The notes under the pieces are model-generated. The model was not told where the DNA came from. It saw only the letters and a list, made by a program, of their open reading frames with translations, and ran no database searches. DNA of 63,520 bases, filler included, from Nemertoderma westbladi (lineage: Eukaryota; Animalia; Xenacoelomorpha), in assembly GCA_032718475.1 (NCBI GenBank). It is 3 parts of 3 records of this genome, joined end to end, with 100 filler letters (N's around TTAATTAATTAA, not from the genome) between each part and the next. Parts side by side here need not be neighbours in the genome. Positions count along the whole stretch, not along the records: positions 25,776 to 56,347 come from JAUCBJ010004164.1; 2 more parts are not named here. The stretch is one strand, 5' to 3'. Below are positions 25,940 to 37,609 of this stretch, in pieces (the stretch's first letter is position 1; each line of letters opens with the position of its first letter). The position numbers were made by a program, and so were the translations under genes.

Positions 25940-26430
25940 GTCGAATAGGGGAGACCGAGACCGTGACTAGGTCTACTACAGTTGTATAGGTCGTATCTTT
26001 ACGGAGATGCAGAGACGCGACTACAGCTCTTTATTCTACCGCTAGAAAGTGAAATGTCTGAAAGTGAACATATCTACACCAATTTCGTTATTTACAATCG
26101 GTTTAAATTAGAACTAAATCTTAACCATAAACTCCATTCTTTACATCCTTCTTAAACCATCTTTACAGAAATGCAGCGCCGTCTGCACTTCACCAATCTG
26201 CAGGTAGAGGGTGAAATGTCTGAAAGTTAACATTTTCTCGAAATTATGTTATTACCGCTTAAGTTGAAACTACTGATAGTTATCTCCTATGGCGCGGTGT
26301 TTTATTTTATGATGGTGTCTGTTCAGTATGTAGTTCTCCAATCTGCCGCCACACATTTCTCCACACATATTCAAATTTAATCTGCACGTGCACTAGAAAG
26401 CTGTAGCCACAGCGCCACAGGCTTTCTATA
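25940..26430 (-). mobile_element. Partial Helentron-like element (uninterrupted relative of the 48829-53640 element)
   Basis: Reverse complement matches 48829-48928 joined directly to 52099-52400, including the CTAGAAAGC hairpin and degenerate ~146-bp units. Confidence 0.7.
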
Positions 26431-28370
26431 GTCTAATATAGAGGCCACTTTAATTTGTAGAATATTAAAAATAAACAAATAAAGCTAATTTCTAGTCCTC
26501 CAAAATCTTAATTTGTAGGTTAATTTCTAGCCCCTATTTTCTGCTTTAAAACGCTTAATAAACTTGTAATTAGCATCAAATGAGTGTTATAAGTTCCAAC
26601 AAAAAGAGAAATAACAGAATCACTCAAGCCTACTTGAATTTTGAGTTTCTTATATTTAGTATTAAAAGTTCTTCAAGCTGCGAATCGAAGCAATCGATCC
26701 TCTAGGGAAAAAATTACTCAAACTGTTTAGATTTTGTTTTTAACAACCCGAACTCCAGTCTCACTCTCTGACTCCTTATTGTTGTCCGTTTTACTTCCAC
26801 CAGCACTTGTAAACTGCGAATGTTATAAAGTTTTATATTATAACAACAGTTAAATTATTAATTATAAACATACCAAACTAAACACTAATCCGTACTTATA
26901 ATAATATAATAATATTCATTTTTTTATTCTGTTTCTACTAATAATTAATGAATAATAATTATTTATTACATGGGAAAAAAGTAGAACTTTTTTCATTATT
27001 CTCGAGACATTTATTTACCGAGCGTAAGCGAGGTTAATAAATGGTCGAGAGAATATTGAAAAAAAGTTCTACGTTTTTTTCCCATGTAATACGTATTTTA
27101 TTCTAAAATTTGTTGCTCAATTGCTTAATAAAATATAGAGCAATATAGTGGTACAAAATATATTGAACTATAGTATTTTACTCTATTGCTCCCATAGTTA
27201 CTGTAATTCAAATTATTGCACTCTTCAACTCCTGATGTTGCCTTACTCAACGATAAATAATTTAGTGTTCTCGAATAATTATTACGTAACTAGAGAGCCG
27301 CTTAACAACATAAACCAAATTTGGATATTGACTTCAGTTTTGAAGTACGCCGCGCAGACACTAGATTTGCCATAACTTTTGAGTGCGTGCATGGATTTTG
27401 CTCAAATTACGTGCAAACCTTTTCTATGTCAATGCTCGTTGTACATATTTAATAAAATTTAAGAAATTCCACGAGAAATATTTTATTTTACTTTTTTCGC
27501 CGGGAAAAAAGTAAAATCAATGCATCCTATGGGTTACTTTTTTTCCCTATGGAAAAAAGTGCAACATTTTCTCCAGATTTTGGTCAAAATTCGAACGAAA
27601 AAGTAACAATTTAAGAATAAAATAAATAGTCTTACCTCGTTGGGGTGTATCTTAAAAAAAAGTGCCGATGTTAACAGATGTCAAGTTCAAGTCATTTTTA
27701 GTGTAAATGTTTAGTGAAAGAGCCAGTAGTCGTGAAAAAACCTTATTTTTTACCCTTATTTTCTAGTACTCCAAAATCTTAATGTCTATCTAAATTCTAG
27801 ATTCTTAAAAATTCTACAAATTAAAGTGGCCCGCTAATATATATAAATCTGCTCAGTTTGTACTGTATGTAGGCCTATGTACTATCTATAACTATTAGTT
27901 AGTTAGAGTTAGTTATATCCATTCAGCCATTACATTAACCATATTTATTTCAATTTAATTACAGTGCATATACAACTATCCTTTCTCAGGAACCAAGACA
28001 TATCTTTAACATTAACTTATTCAATTCTATCACTAATCAATTTATCTTTCTTAGGACTAACTATACATAAACCAAACTACACTTACTTAAGTATTAAATT
28101 ACTTTCATAATTTTTGTTTGGTATATTCCAATCCAATTTAATTTGTATAAACTCATTTGTGTCAATAAATAAATACATACATACATACATACATAACAGT
28201 GTTCTATAAGTTTATAACGTAGTATAACTGTATAAAGTCTATAACTTATAGAGCGCAATGAACGAACCCCAACTGCCCAACTCCAGTATTGTGATAAATG
28301 AATAAATGTTAACTGTATTTATTCACTGTTCCACAAAGTCTTAGACTGTAAGTTCCGCTACACAACGAAG

Positions 28371-29270
28371 ATGAGTAGTCGACTTTCAAATACCGGAAGA
28401 TTTCGGGTTAGAAAAAATGTTAACATTGTGGAAGAAAAACATATCTCAACGTGCAGACTCCGGGCTACAAAGTCCGAGTCCTTCCACCGAGAATCTCGCG
28501 GGGATTCCTTCCCTCCGGCACCGGTACTCACCTCCGCCTACGACCGGTACCTCGCCTCGGTTCTCCGACGCCTCCTCCCCCTCGACAGCCACACCGCGGT
28601 CCAGGCAGAACTGTCGCGTATCGGCGAGCGAACCACCGACGACGTGCTCGCCGCGGGACGTCGTTGCGACATCGAGTTACCGCGTCACGAACCCTACGAT
28701 GCATGGGGCCGGCGAACCGACCAACTAATCCTCTCCGACGGGTGGACTAAACTGAAACGGTTCGCGGCGGAGGAAGGACTGGTAGCGACGGCGTACGAAC
28801 GAACCCACGCCAAGTTGAGTCGGATCCACCAGGCCGCTAAACTCTACATGTTTTCCCCATCCAGCGGTCTCTACAGCTGTCCCGTTGCCATGACGGATGG
28901 AGCCGCTGCGATTCTAGAACGACTCACTCGGGAATCCGCCGACAAGCGACTAACGACGGCGTTCGAGCGACTAACTAGTCGCGATCCGGAGGAGTTCTGG
29001 ACGAGCGGTCAGTGGATGACGGAGCCTGGTGGCGGGTCTGATGTGGCCGGGGCCACGCGGACCCGCGCTACGCCGCTAGATGGCGTTGTATACAGACTCC
29101 ACGGCTACAAGTGGTTCAGTTCCGCGACCGACGCCGACGTGGCATTAACCTTGGCGCGGGAACCCGGCGTCGACGGACTCAGTCTGTTCTACGTGGAAGT
29201 TCCGGATTCTAGCGGCCGACTCAACGAGATACAGATACAGAGGCTCAAAAACAAATTGGGGACCAGACAG
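28371..29270 (+). CDS. AidB/ACAD11-like acyl-CoA dehydrogenase, exon 1
   Basis: YDAWGRR.D, SGLYSCPVAMTDGAA, FWTSGQWMTE..GGSDV, L.GYKWFSSA, RLKNKLGTRQ, then a GT donor. Confidence 0.9.
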
Positions 29271-29676
29271 GTTAATATAAATAAAGTAAAATGTATTAGG
29301 CCCTATATTGACAAATTTGAAAAATATTGTTAGATACCGGTACTAGAAAAGCCATCACGCTGGCTATAAGAAGACCGTCCATATAGTCATAGACAAACTT
29401 ACGTCGGTACCGTGGCGGGGGGGGGGACTTTCGACGTAATAAAAATAACAGATTACTCTCAACATTTAAACTCTACCGGTAACTGATTATTGGTCTATTG
29501 ACTTTCGGGTATTGTTTTGGTTATAACAACTTGCCAACCTGCTCATTTCTCTTAATTGATAATTAACTGAAATTTGGCGGAGATAGGATTTGAGTCAAAC
29601 AATCTCCCCCCGTTCTAAAGAATAATTTACTTTCTGTTTTTTTTCATTCCATTATATTTCCAATGACTCCGTTTAG

Positions 29677-30594
29677 GTTCCCACAGCCGAGCTGCTACTG
29701 GACGGAACGATAGCTCAACGGATATCAGAACCTGGGCGAGGGATATCCGCGATATCCGATATGCTAAACATAACGCGAATGCACAACGCGATATCGTCGG
29801 CGGCCCTCATGCGGCGCGTACTGGAACTCGCGAAGGATTACGCGACAAGGCGTTCAGTTTTCGGGGGTAAACTGTCGGAGAATCCGTTGCATTTGGAGAC
29901 TCTGGGTTTGATGGAGGTGGAGACCCGCGCCGCCACACTGCTGGCGTTCGAGGTTGCTAGGTTACAGGGTAGCGTCGATGTTGCTAGGTTACAGAACGAC
30001 GCGGATCTACTACGCATTGCGACGCCATTGGCTAAGCTGTACACTGGGAAACGGGCAGTCGCGATGGCATCCGAGGGTCTGGAGGCCTTCGGGGGTCAGG
30101 GTTACATAGAGGATACCGGGTTGCCAGGGTTACTGAGGGACGCACAGGTGCTGCCAATATGGGAGGGAACGACGAACGTGTTGTGCGTGGACGTGCTGCG
30201 CGCAGCGGAGAAGTCCGGCGGGGCGACATTGAGGGCGTTAGCGGCGAGGGTTGAGGGAGCGGTGGAAGGGGGCCAAGTGGGATTGGGAGAGAGCTGTCAG
30301 CTGATCGCAGACGGACTGACCGCTGTACACAACTGGTTGTCCGGCAACCCCGCAGTGGACATAGTGACAGGGGCCAGACAGTTGGCCTACACCCTGTCAC
30401 GGTTGTACATGGGCGGTTTACTGGTTGAGCAGGCCGCGAGCAGTGGTCTGCCCGATGACCACGTGGCTGCTCTCCGTTGGTGTAAATGCCAACCGCTAAC
30501 TCTATTGCCTAACTCGCTCTCACAGCCTTCGCTAATTCACAACACCACCAACCAATCAGGGAGAGACGATACTGTAAATTTACTCAGTTTATAA
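29677..30594 (+). CDS. AidB/ACAD11-like acyl-CoA dehydrogenase, exon 2
   Basis: AG acceptor, in-frame VPTAELLLDG..MLNITRMHN..KLYTGK..EAFGGQGYIEDTG..RDAQVLPIWEGTTNVL; spliced product 605 aa. Confidence 0.9.
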   Translation, partial: VPTAELLLDGTIAQRISEPGRGISAISDMLNITRMHNAISSAALMRRVLELAKDYATRRSVFGGKLSENPLHLETLGLMEVETRAATLLAFEVARLQGSVDVARLQNDADLLRIATPLAKLYTGKRAVAMASEGLEAFGGQGYIEDTGLPGLLRDAQVLPIWEGTTNVLCVDVLRAAEKSGGATLRALAARVEGAVEGGQVGLGESCQLIADGLTAVHNWLSGNPAVDIVTGARQLAYTLSRLYMGGLLVEQAASSGLPDDHVAALRWCKCQPLTLLPNSLSQPSLIHNTTNQSGRDDTVNLLSL

Positions 30595-31011
30595 ATTAAT
30601 TAAAAAAAGAGAGTCGGGTGAAAAAGATTTATCACCCGGGTGAAAAATATTTAAATATTTAAAAGCTGACTTTAGTTTCTTGTTTTGGTTAGAATAACAT
30701 GCCACTGTAACCTGATCCTTTCCTTTAATTTATTACTAACATTGGTCGAGGTATTAATTAGCCAAGAGTGAATCTGGAATCTGGATCAAAATGAGCTTAA
30801 TAGACATTATTTATAAAGAAACTAACTAACTACATGTGTTCAGAGTTCTGACACATGTTTTTCACCCGGGTGATAAATGTTTTTCACCCGGGTGATAAAT
30901 GTTTTTCACCCAGGTGATAAAGAATTTATAAAATGGAAATAATTGGCCGCAATCAGCCAACGTAAACTGTCACCGTTTTATTTATATACCCGGTACATAG
31001 TTTATACTAAC

Positions 31012-31186
31012 CTATCTCTAATGGCCATCGTTATACGTTTAGGATTCCCTTTCTTAATAACCACCATCGCTTTCTCCTTAGAGTATCCCGCGAGAACTTT
31101 ATCGTCGATCGAGAGAATTTGGTCGCCAAATCGTATTCCCGCCAACGCCGCTGGGGTGCCCCGTTGTACCAGAGCAGCGAATATAC
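31012..31186 (-). CDS. SDCBP: Syntenin exon 4 (PDZ1)
   Basis: AG/GT bounded; (G)IFAALVQRGTPAALAGIRFGDQILSIDDKVLAGYSKEKAMVVIKKGNPKRITMAIRD(R). Confidence 0.92.
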
Positions 31187-31328
31187 CTAAATAATAAATT
31201 CAGGAAAATATTCATTGCCGTAAAATTTAATTCAATAAAATAATTGTATGAATAGAGATTGCTGGCTATAGTAATGTCATTTTTCTCAACGTGACATCCC
31301 AATATTGCAGCCCTTTTCTCCTCGCAAT

Positions 31329-32290
31329 GGTAGCAGATAGGAGTAGCGCCCACCCCTACCCTCGGGTAGCATATAGGAGTAGCGTCCACCCCTACCTTCG
31401 GGTAGCAGATAGGAGTAGCGTCCACCCCTACCTTCGGGTAGCAGATATGAGTAGCGCCCATCCCTACCTTCGGGTAGCAGATAGGAGTAGCGCACACCCC
31501 TACCATCGGGGAGCAGATCGCCCACCCATAGCTTCGGGTAGCAGATAGGAGTAGCGCCCACCCCTGCCTTGAGGTAGCAGATAGGAGTAGCGCCCACCCA
31601 TAGCTTCGGGTAGCAGATAGGAGTAGCGCCCACCCCTGCCTTGAGGTAGCATATAGGAGTAGCGTCCACCCCTACCTTCGGGTAGCAGATAGGAGTATCG
31701 TCCACCCCTACCTTCGGGTAGCAGATATGAGTAGCGCCCATCCAAAGCTTCGGGTAGCAGATAGGAGTAGCGCCCACCCCTGCCTTGAGGTAGCATATAG
31801 GAGTAGCGTCCACCCCTACCTTCGGGTAGCAGATAGGAGTAGCACCCACCCCTACCTTCGGGTAGCAGGCGGAATAGCGCCCACCCCTACCCTTGGGTAT
31901 AGCAGATAGCACCCACCCCTACCTTCGGGTAGCAGATAGGAATAGCACCCACCCCTACCTTCGGGTAGCAGGTGGAATAGCGCCCACCCCTACCCATGGG
32001 TAGCAGATGGAATAGCGCCCACCCCTACCTTCGGGTAGGGTAGCAGATGGAATAGCGCCCACCCCTACCTTCGGGTAGGGTAGCAGATGGAATAGCGCCC
32101 ACCCCTAGCTTCGGGTAGGGTAGCAGATGGAATAGCGCCCACCCCTACCCTTGGGTAGCAGATAGGAGTAGTGCCCAACCCTACCCTTGGGTAGCAGATA
32201 GGAGTAGTGCCCAACCCTACCCTCGGGTAGCAGATATCGGAAGGGTGCGTTAGGGTCGCCACCGACTTCGGCCGACTGTTTGCTTGCACT
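31329..32290 (+). repeat. 36-bp minisatellite (~25 copies) expanded from a SINE body, followed by the SINE tail
   Basis: Unit GGTAGCAGATAGGAGTAGCGCCCACCCCTACCTTCG resembles 21013-21052; it is followed by GGGTCGCC..CTTCGGC.GACTGTTTGCTTGC as at 21071-21105. Confidence 0.85.
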
Positions 32291-32481
32291 CTTTACAACA
32301 ACTGTACGGTAAACAATCATTACATTTAATAGGGCTATAAATCAATGTTAGAGCAACGGTGAATATACCCAAAGCAAAACGTGTTCTAGAAGTTTATTTT
32401 ATAGTTTCTAAGCTGCTAATTACTTCGCAGCGACCCAACCTAGTTACGAGGAGTTCGGAAGAGCAGCACGTTCCCTCTGCC

Positions 32482-35400
32482 TTATTTTCTTACCTTTGTT
32501 GACACTGTGCCGCCACAATCCAACCTTCCCATCTGCGTTCTCCTATATTTTCTTACCTTTGCCGACACTGTGCCGCCACAATCCAACCTTCCCACCTGCG
32601 TTCTCCTATATTTTCTTACCTTTGCCGACACTGTGCCGCCACAATCCAACCTTCCCATTCGTGCCCTCCTATATTTTCTTACCCTTGCTGACATTGTGCC
32701 GTCACAATCCAACCTTCCCATCCGTGTTCTCCTATATTTTCTTACCTTTGCTGACACTGTGCCGCCACAATCCAATCTTCCCATTCGCGTTCTCCTATAT
32801 TTTCTTACCCTTGCTGACATTGTGCCGTCACAATCCAACCTTCCCATTCGCGTCCTCCTATATTTTCTTACCCTTGCTGACATTGTGCCGTCACAATCCA
32901 ACCTTCCCATTCGCGTCCTCCTCTATTTTCTTACCATTGCTGACATTGTGCCGTCACAATCCAACCTTCCCATCCGCGTTCTCCTATATTTTCTTACCCT
33001 TGCTGACACTGTGCCGCCACAATCCAACCTCCCCATCTGCGTTCTCCTATATTTTCTTACCTTTGCCGACACTGTGCCGCCACAATCCAACCTTCCCATC
33101 CGCGTTCTCCTATATTTTCTTACCTTTGCTGACACTGTGCCGCCACAATCCAACCCTTCCATTCGTGTCCTCCTATATTTTCTTACCCTTGCTGACACTG
33201 TGCCGCCACAATCCAACCTTCCCACCTGCGTTCTCCTATATTTTCTTACCTTTGCCGACACTGTGCCGCCACAATACAACCTTCCCATCCGCGTTCTCCT
33301 AATTTTCTTACCTTTGCTGACACTGTGCCGCCACAATCCAACCTTCCCATTCGTGCCCTCCTATATTTTCTTACCCTTGCTGACATTGTGCCGTCACAAT
33401 CCAACCTTCCCATCCGTGTTCTCCTATATTTTCTTACCTTTGCTGACACTGTGCCGCCACAATCCAATCTTCCCATTCGCGTTCTCCTATATTTTCTTAC
33501 CCTTGCTGACATTGTGCCGTCACAATCCAACCTTCCCATTCGCGTCCTCCTATATTTTCTTACCCTTGCTGACATTGTGCCGTCACAATCCAACCTTCCC
33601 ATTCGCGTCCTCCTCTATTTTCTTACCATTGCTGACATTGTGCCGTCACAATCCAACCTTCCCATCCGCGTTCTCCTATATTTTCTTACCCTTGCTGACA
33701 CTGTGCCGCCACAATCCAACCTCCCCATCTGCGTTCTCCTATATTTTCTTACCTTTGCCGACACTGTGCCGCCACAATCCAACCTTCCCATCCGCGTTCT
33801 CCTATATTTTCTTACCTTTGCTGACACTGTGCCGCCACAATCCAACCCTTCCATTCGTGTCCTCCTATATTTTCTTACCCTTGCTGACACTGTGCCGCCA
33901 CAATCCAACCTTCCCACCTGCGTTCTCCTATATTTTCTTACCTTTGCCGACACTGTGCCGCCACAATACAACCTTCCCATCCGCGTTCTCCTAATTTTCT
34001 TACCTTTGCTGACACTGTGCCGCCACAATCCAACCTTTCCATTCGTGTCCTCCTATATTTTCTTACCCTTGCTGACACTGTGCCGCCACAATCCAACCTT
34101 CCCATCTGCGTTCTCCTATATTTTCTTACCTTTGCCGACACTGTGCCGCCACAATCCAACCTTCCCATCCGCGTTCTACTATATTTTCTTACCTTTGCTG
34201 ACACTGTGCCGCCACAATCCAACCTTTCCATTCGTGTCCTCCTATATTTTCTTACCCTTGCTGACATTGTGCCGTCACAATCCAACCTTCCCATTCGTGT
34301 CCTCCTATATTTTCTTACCTTTGCCGACACTGTGCCGCCACAATCCAACCTTCCCATCCGCGTTCTCCTATATTTTCTTACCCTTGCTGACACTGTGCGG
34401 CCACAATCCAACCTTTCCATTCGTGTCCTCCTATATTTTCTTACCCTTGCTGACACTGTGCCGCCACAATCCAACCTTCCCATCTGCGTTCTCCTATATT
34501 TTCTTACCTTTGCCGACACTGTGCCGCCACAATCCAACCTTCCCATCCGCGTTCTACTATATTTTCTTACCTTTGCTGACACTGTGCCGCCACAATCCAA
34601 CCTTTCCATTCGTGTCCTCCTATATTTTCTTACCCTTGCTGACATTGTGCCGTCACAATCCAACCTTCCCATTCGTGTCCTCCTATATTTTCTTACCTTT
34701 GCCGACACTGTGCCGCCACAATCCAACCTTCCCATCCGCGTTCTCCTATATTTTCTTACCCTTGCTGACACTGTGCCGCCACAATCCAACCTTCCCATCT
34801 GCGTTCTCCTATATTTTCTTACCTTTGCCGACACTGTGCCGCCACAATCCAACCTTCCCATCCGCGTTCTACTATATTTTCTTACCTTTGCTGACACTGT
34901 GCCGCCACAATCCAACCTTTCCATTCGTGTCCTCCTATATTTTCTTACCCTTGCTGACATTGTGCCGTCACAATCCAACCTTCCCATTCGTGTCCTCCTA
35001 TATTTTCTTACCTTTGCTGACACTGTGCCGCCACAATCCAACCTTCCCATTCGCGTCCCCCTATATTTTCTTACCCTTGCTGACATTGTGCCGTCACAAT
35101 CCAACCTTCCCATCCGCGTTCTTCAATATTTTCTTACCCTTGCTGACATTGTGCCGTCACAATCCAACCTTCCCATCCGCGTTCTCCTATATTTTCTTAC
35201 CCTTGCTGACACTGTGCCGTCACAATCCAACCTTCCCATCCGCGTTCTCCTATATTTTCTTACCCTTGCTGACATTGTGCGTCACAATACAACCTTCCCA
35301 TCCGCGTTATCCTATATTTTCTTACCCTTGCTGACATTGTGCCGTCACAATCCAACCTTCCCATCCGCGTTCTCCTATATTTTCTTACCCTTGCTGACAT

Positions 35401-36522
35401 TGTGCCGTCACAATACAACCTTCCCATCCGCGTTCTCCTATATTTTCTTACCTTTGCTGACACTATGCCGCCACAATCCAACCTTCCCATTCGCGTTCTC
35501 CTATATTTTCTTACCTTTGCTGACACTGTGCCGCCACAATCCAACCTTCCCATTCGCGTTCACCTATATTTTCTTACCTTTGCTGACACTGTGCCGCCAC
35601 AATCCAACCTTCCCATTCGTGTCCTCCTATATTTTCTTACCCTTGCTGACATTGTGCCGTCACAATACAACCTTCCCATCCGCGTTCTCCTATATTTTCT
35701 TACCTTTGCTGACACTATGCCGCCACAATCCAACCTTCCCATTCGCGTTCTCCTATATTTTCTTACCTTTGCTGACACTGTGCCGCCACAATCCAACCTT
35801 CCCATTCGCGTTCACCTATATTTTCTTACCTTTGCTGACACTGTGCCGCCACAATCCAACCTTCCCATTCGTGTCCTCCTATATTTTCTTACCCTTGCTG
35901 ACATTGTGCCGTCACAATCCAACCTTCCCATCCGCGTTCTCCTATATTTTGTTACCTTTGCTGACATTGTGCCGTCACAATCCAACCTTCCCATTCGCGT
36001 TCTCCTATATTTTCTTACCTTTGCTGACATTGTGCCGTCACAATCCAACCTTCCCATTCGCGTCGTCCTATATTTTCTTACCCTTGCTGACATTGTGCCG
36101 TCACAATCCAACCTTCCCATCCGCGTTCTCCTATATTTTCTTACCTTTGCTGACATTGTGCCGTCACAATCCAACCTTCCCATTCGCGTCGTCCTATATT
36201 TTCTTACCTTTGCTGACATTGTGCCGTCACAATCCAACCTTCCCATTCGCGTTCTCCTATATTTTCTTACCTTTGCTGACATTGTGCCGTCACAATCCAA
36301 CCTTCCCATTCGCGTCGTCCTATATTTTCTTACCCTTGCTGACATTGTGCCGTCACAATCCAACCTTCCCATTCGCGTTCTCCTATATTTTCTTACCTTT
36401 GCTGACATTGTGCCGTCACAATCCAACCTTCCCATTCGCGTCGTCCTATATTTTCTTACCCTTGCTGACATTGTGCCGTCACAATCCAACTTTCCCATCC
36501 GCGCTCTCCTATATTTTCTCAC
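32482..36522 (-). repeat. 63-bp tandem array (~64 copies) derived from the syntenin exon-3 end and its splice donor
   Basis: Minus-strand unit GAGAACGCGGATGGGAAGGTTGGATTGTGGCGGCACAGTGTCAGCAAAG|GTAAGAAAATATAG versus native AAGAACGCGGATGGGAAGGTTGGGTTGCGGTTGCACAGCGTCAACAAAG|GTGAGAAAATATAG. Confidence 0.95.
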
Positions 36523-36703
36523 CTTTGTTGACGCTGTGCAACCGCAACCCAACCTTCCCATCCGCGTTCTTACACAACACAACTTCCCGCACCCCGTGTT
36601 TCACTTCGGCGCGTTTATAACCGACTATACCGCTCTCATTCGTGATTGGTCCGCTGGTGGTTGGCAGGGCAACCGTCTGTGGCGCCACCGGCACCACAGA
36701 CCA
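36523..36703 (-). CDS. SDCBP: Syntenin exon 3
   Basis: AG/GT bounded; WSVVPVAPQ..GYKRAEVKHGVREVVLCKNADGKVGLRLHSVNK(G) resembles syntenin [25 protein letters not shown]. Confidence 0.93.
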
Positions 36704-36850
36704 CTGAAAATGTAAGAATTTTTAGTCAGAAAACAATTGGCTACACTAAATTATAAGCTCTATATTCTGTATGATCACATGACCTGCCACTTAACTGCGA
36801 TATTAGCGGAGTTAGATGGCCCTTCCGTGCTTAATAATATAACATAATCA

Positions 36851-37317
36851 ATCATAGTATATGTGTTTAACATCCATAGATTGTATAAATTATAAGTATT
36901 ATTAAACAGGACTAAGGATGATCCAACTCTATAGCAAATGGAGCGGAAAAAATGAATTCGCCACCAGCGGGGATTGAACCCGCGTCTCCCGATAAACGTT
37001 CAGGTATGCTAACCACTACACCACGGAGGCTCCTGCATCTTTCCGATTGATTTGCTATAGGTGGTAAGCTACCTTACGGTTGCTATTGAATACAGTCCTC
37101 CTTACGGATGGATTTAATCTGTATTCTAATACAGTAGCAGTTATGACCTGTACTGCAAACGAATGTTATTGTATATGTGTTTAACATTCCATTAGCATAC
37201 CTGAACGTTTATCGGGAGACGCGGGTTCAATCCCCGCTGGTGGCGAATTCATTTTTTCCGCTCCATTTGCTATAGAGTTGGATCATCCTTAGTCCTGTTT
37301 AATTACTTATAATTTAT
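36851..37317. mobile_element. tRNA-containing retroposon-like insert with internal inverted duplication
   Basis: tRNA-like 71-mer at 36960-37030 (-); ~128-bp inverted arms 36885-37012 / 37192-37318; flanking direct repeat AACATAATCA. Confidence 0.65.
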
Positions 37318-37609
37318 AACATAATCATATTCTTAAGAACATAATATACAATACATACAGATAATTAATGTGAATTACATGTGGAAGAATGTGAATGGTG
37401 GTTGATACGGCGGTATCGTTTCGGTTATATTAGGCCCTTCAGTAGCGCTACAACAGATTCATTCAAGGCCTACTCTCCCACTGCCCCCTAACACTTCATT
37501 ACTTCACCAACTTCATTAGTCCAGTTAATCCACCAACGGCCTCTATACCCAACTCAATTATTTTTATCTGTATACATAATTAAATAATGAAGGGAAGATA
37601 CAAAATGAT

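Noticed and set aside
32482-36522. 14-nt GT..AG micro-introns yielding tandem PDZ-strand exons
   Set aside because: 14 nt is too short for a normal spliceosomal intron, there is no polypyrimidine tract, and 49-nt exons would shift the frame.
31329-36522. CRISPR-like array
   Set aside because: Units are contiguous with no unique spacers, there are no cas genes, and the context is eukaryotic.
32482-36715. Very long ORFs (up to 867 aa) in three frames
   Set aside because: They are translations of a stop-free 63-bp unit with frame slips; the biologically meaningful syntenin frame contains a stop in almost every unit.
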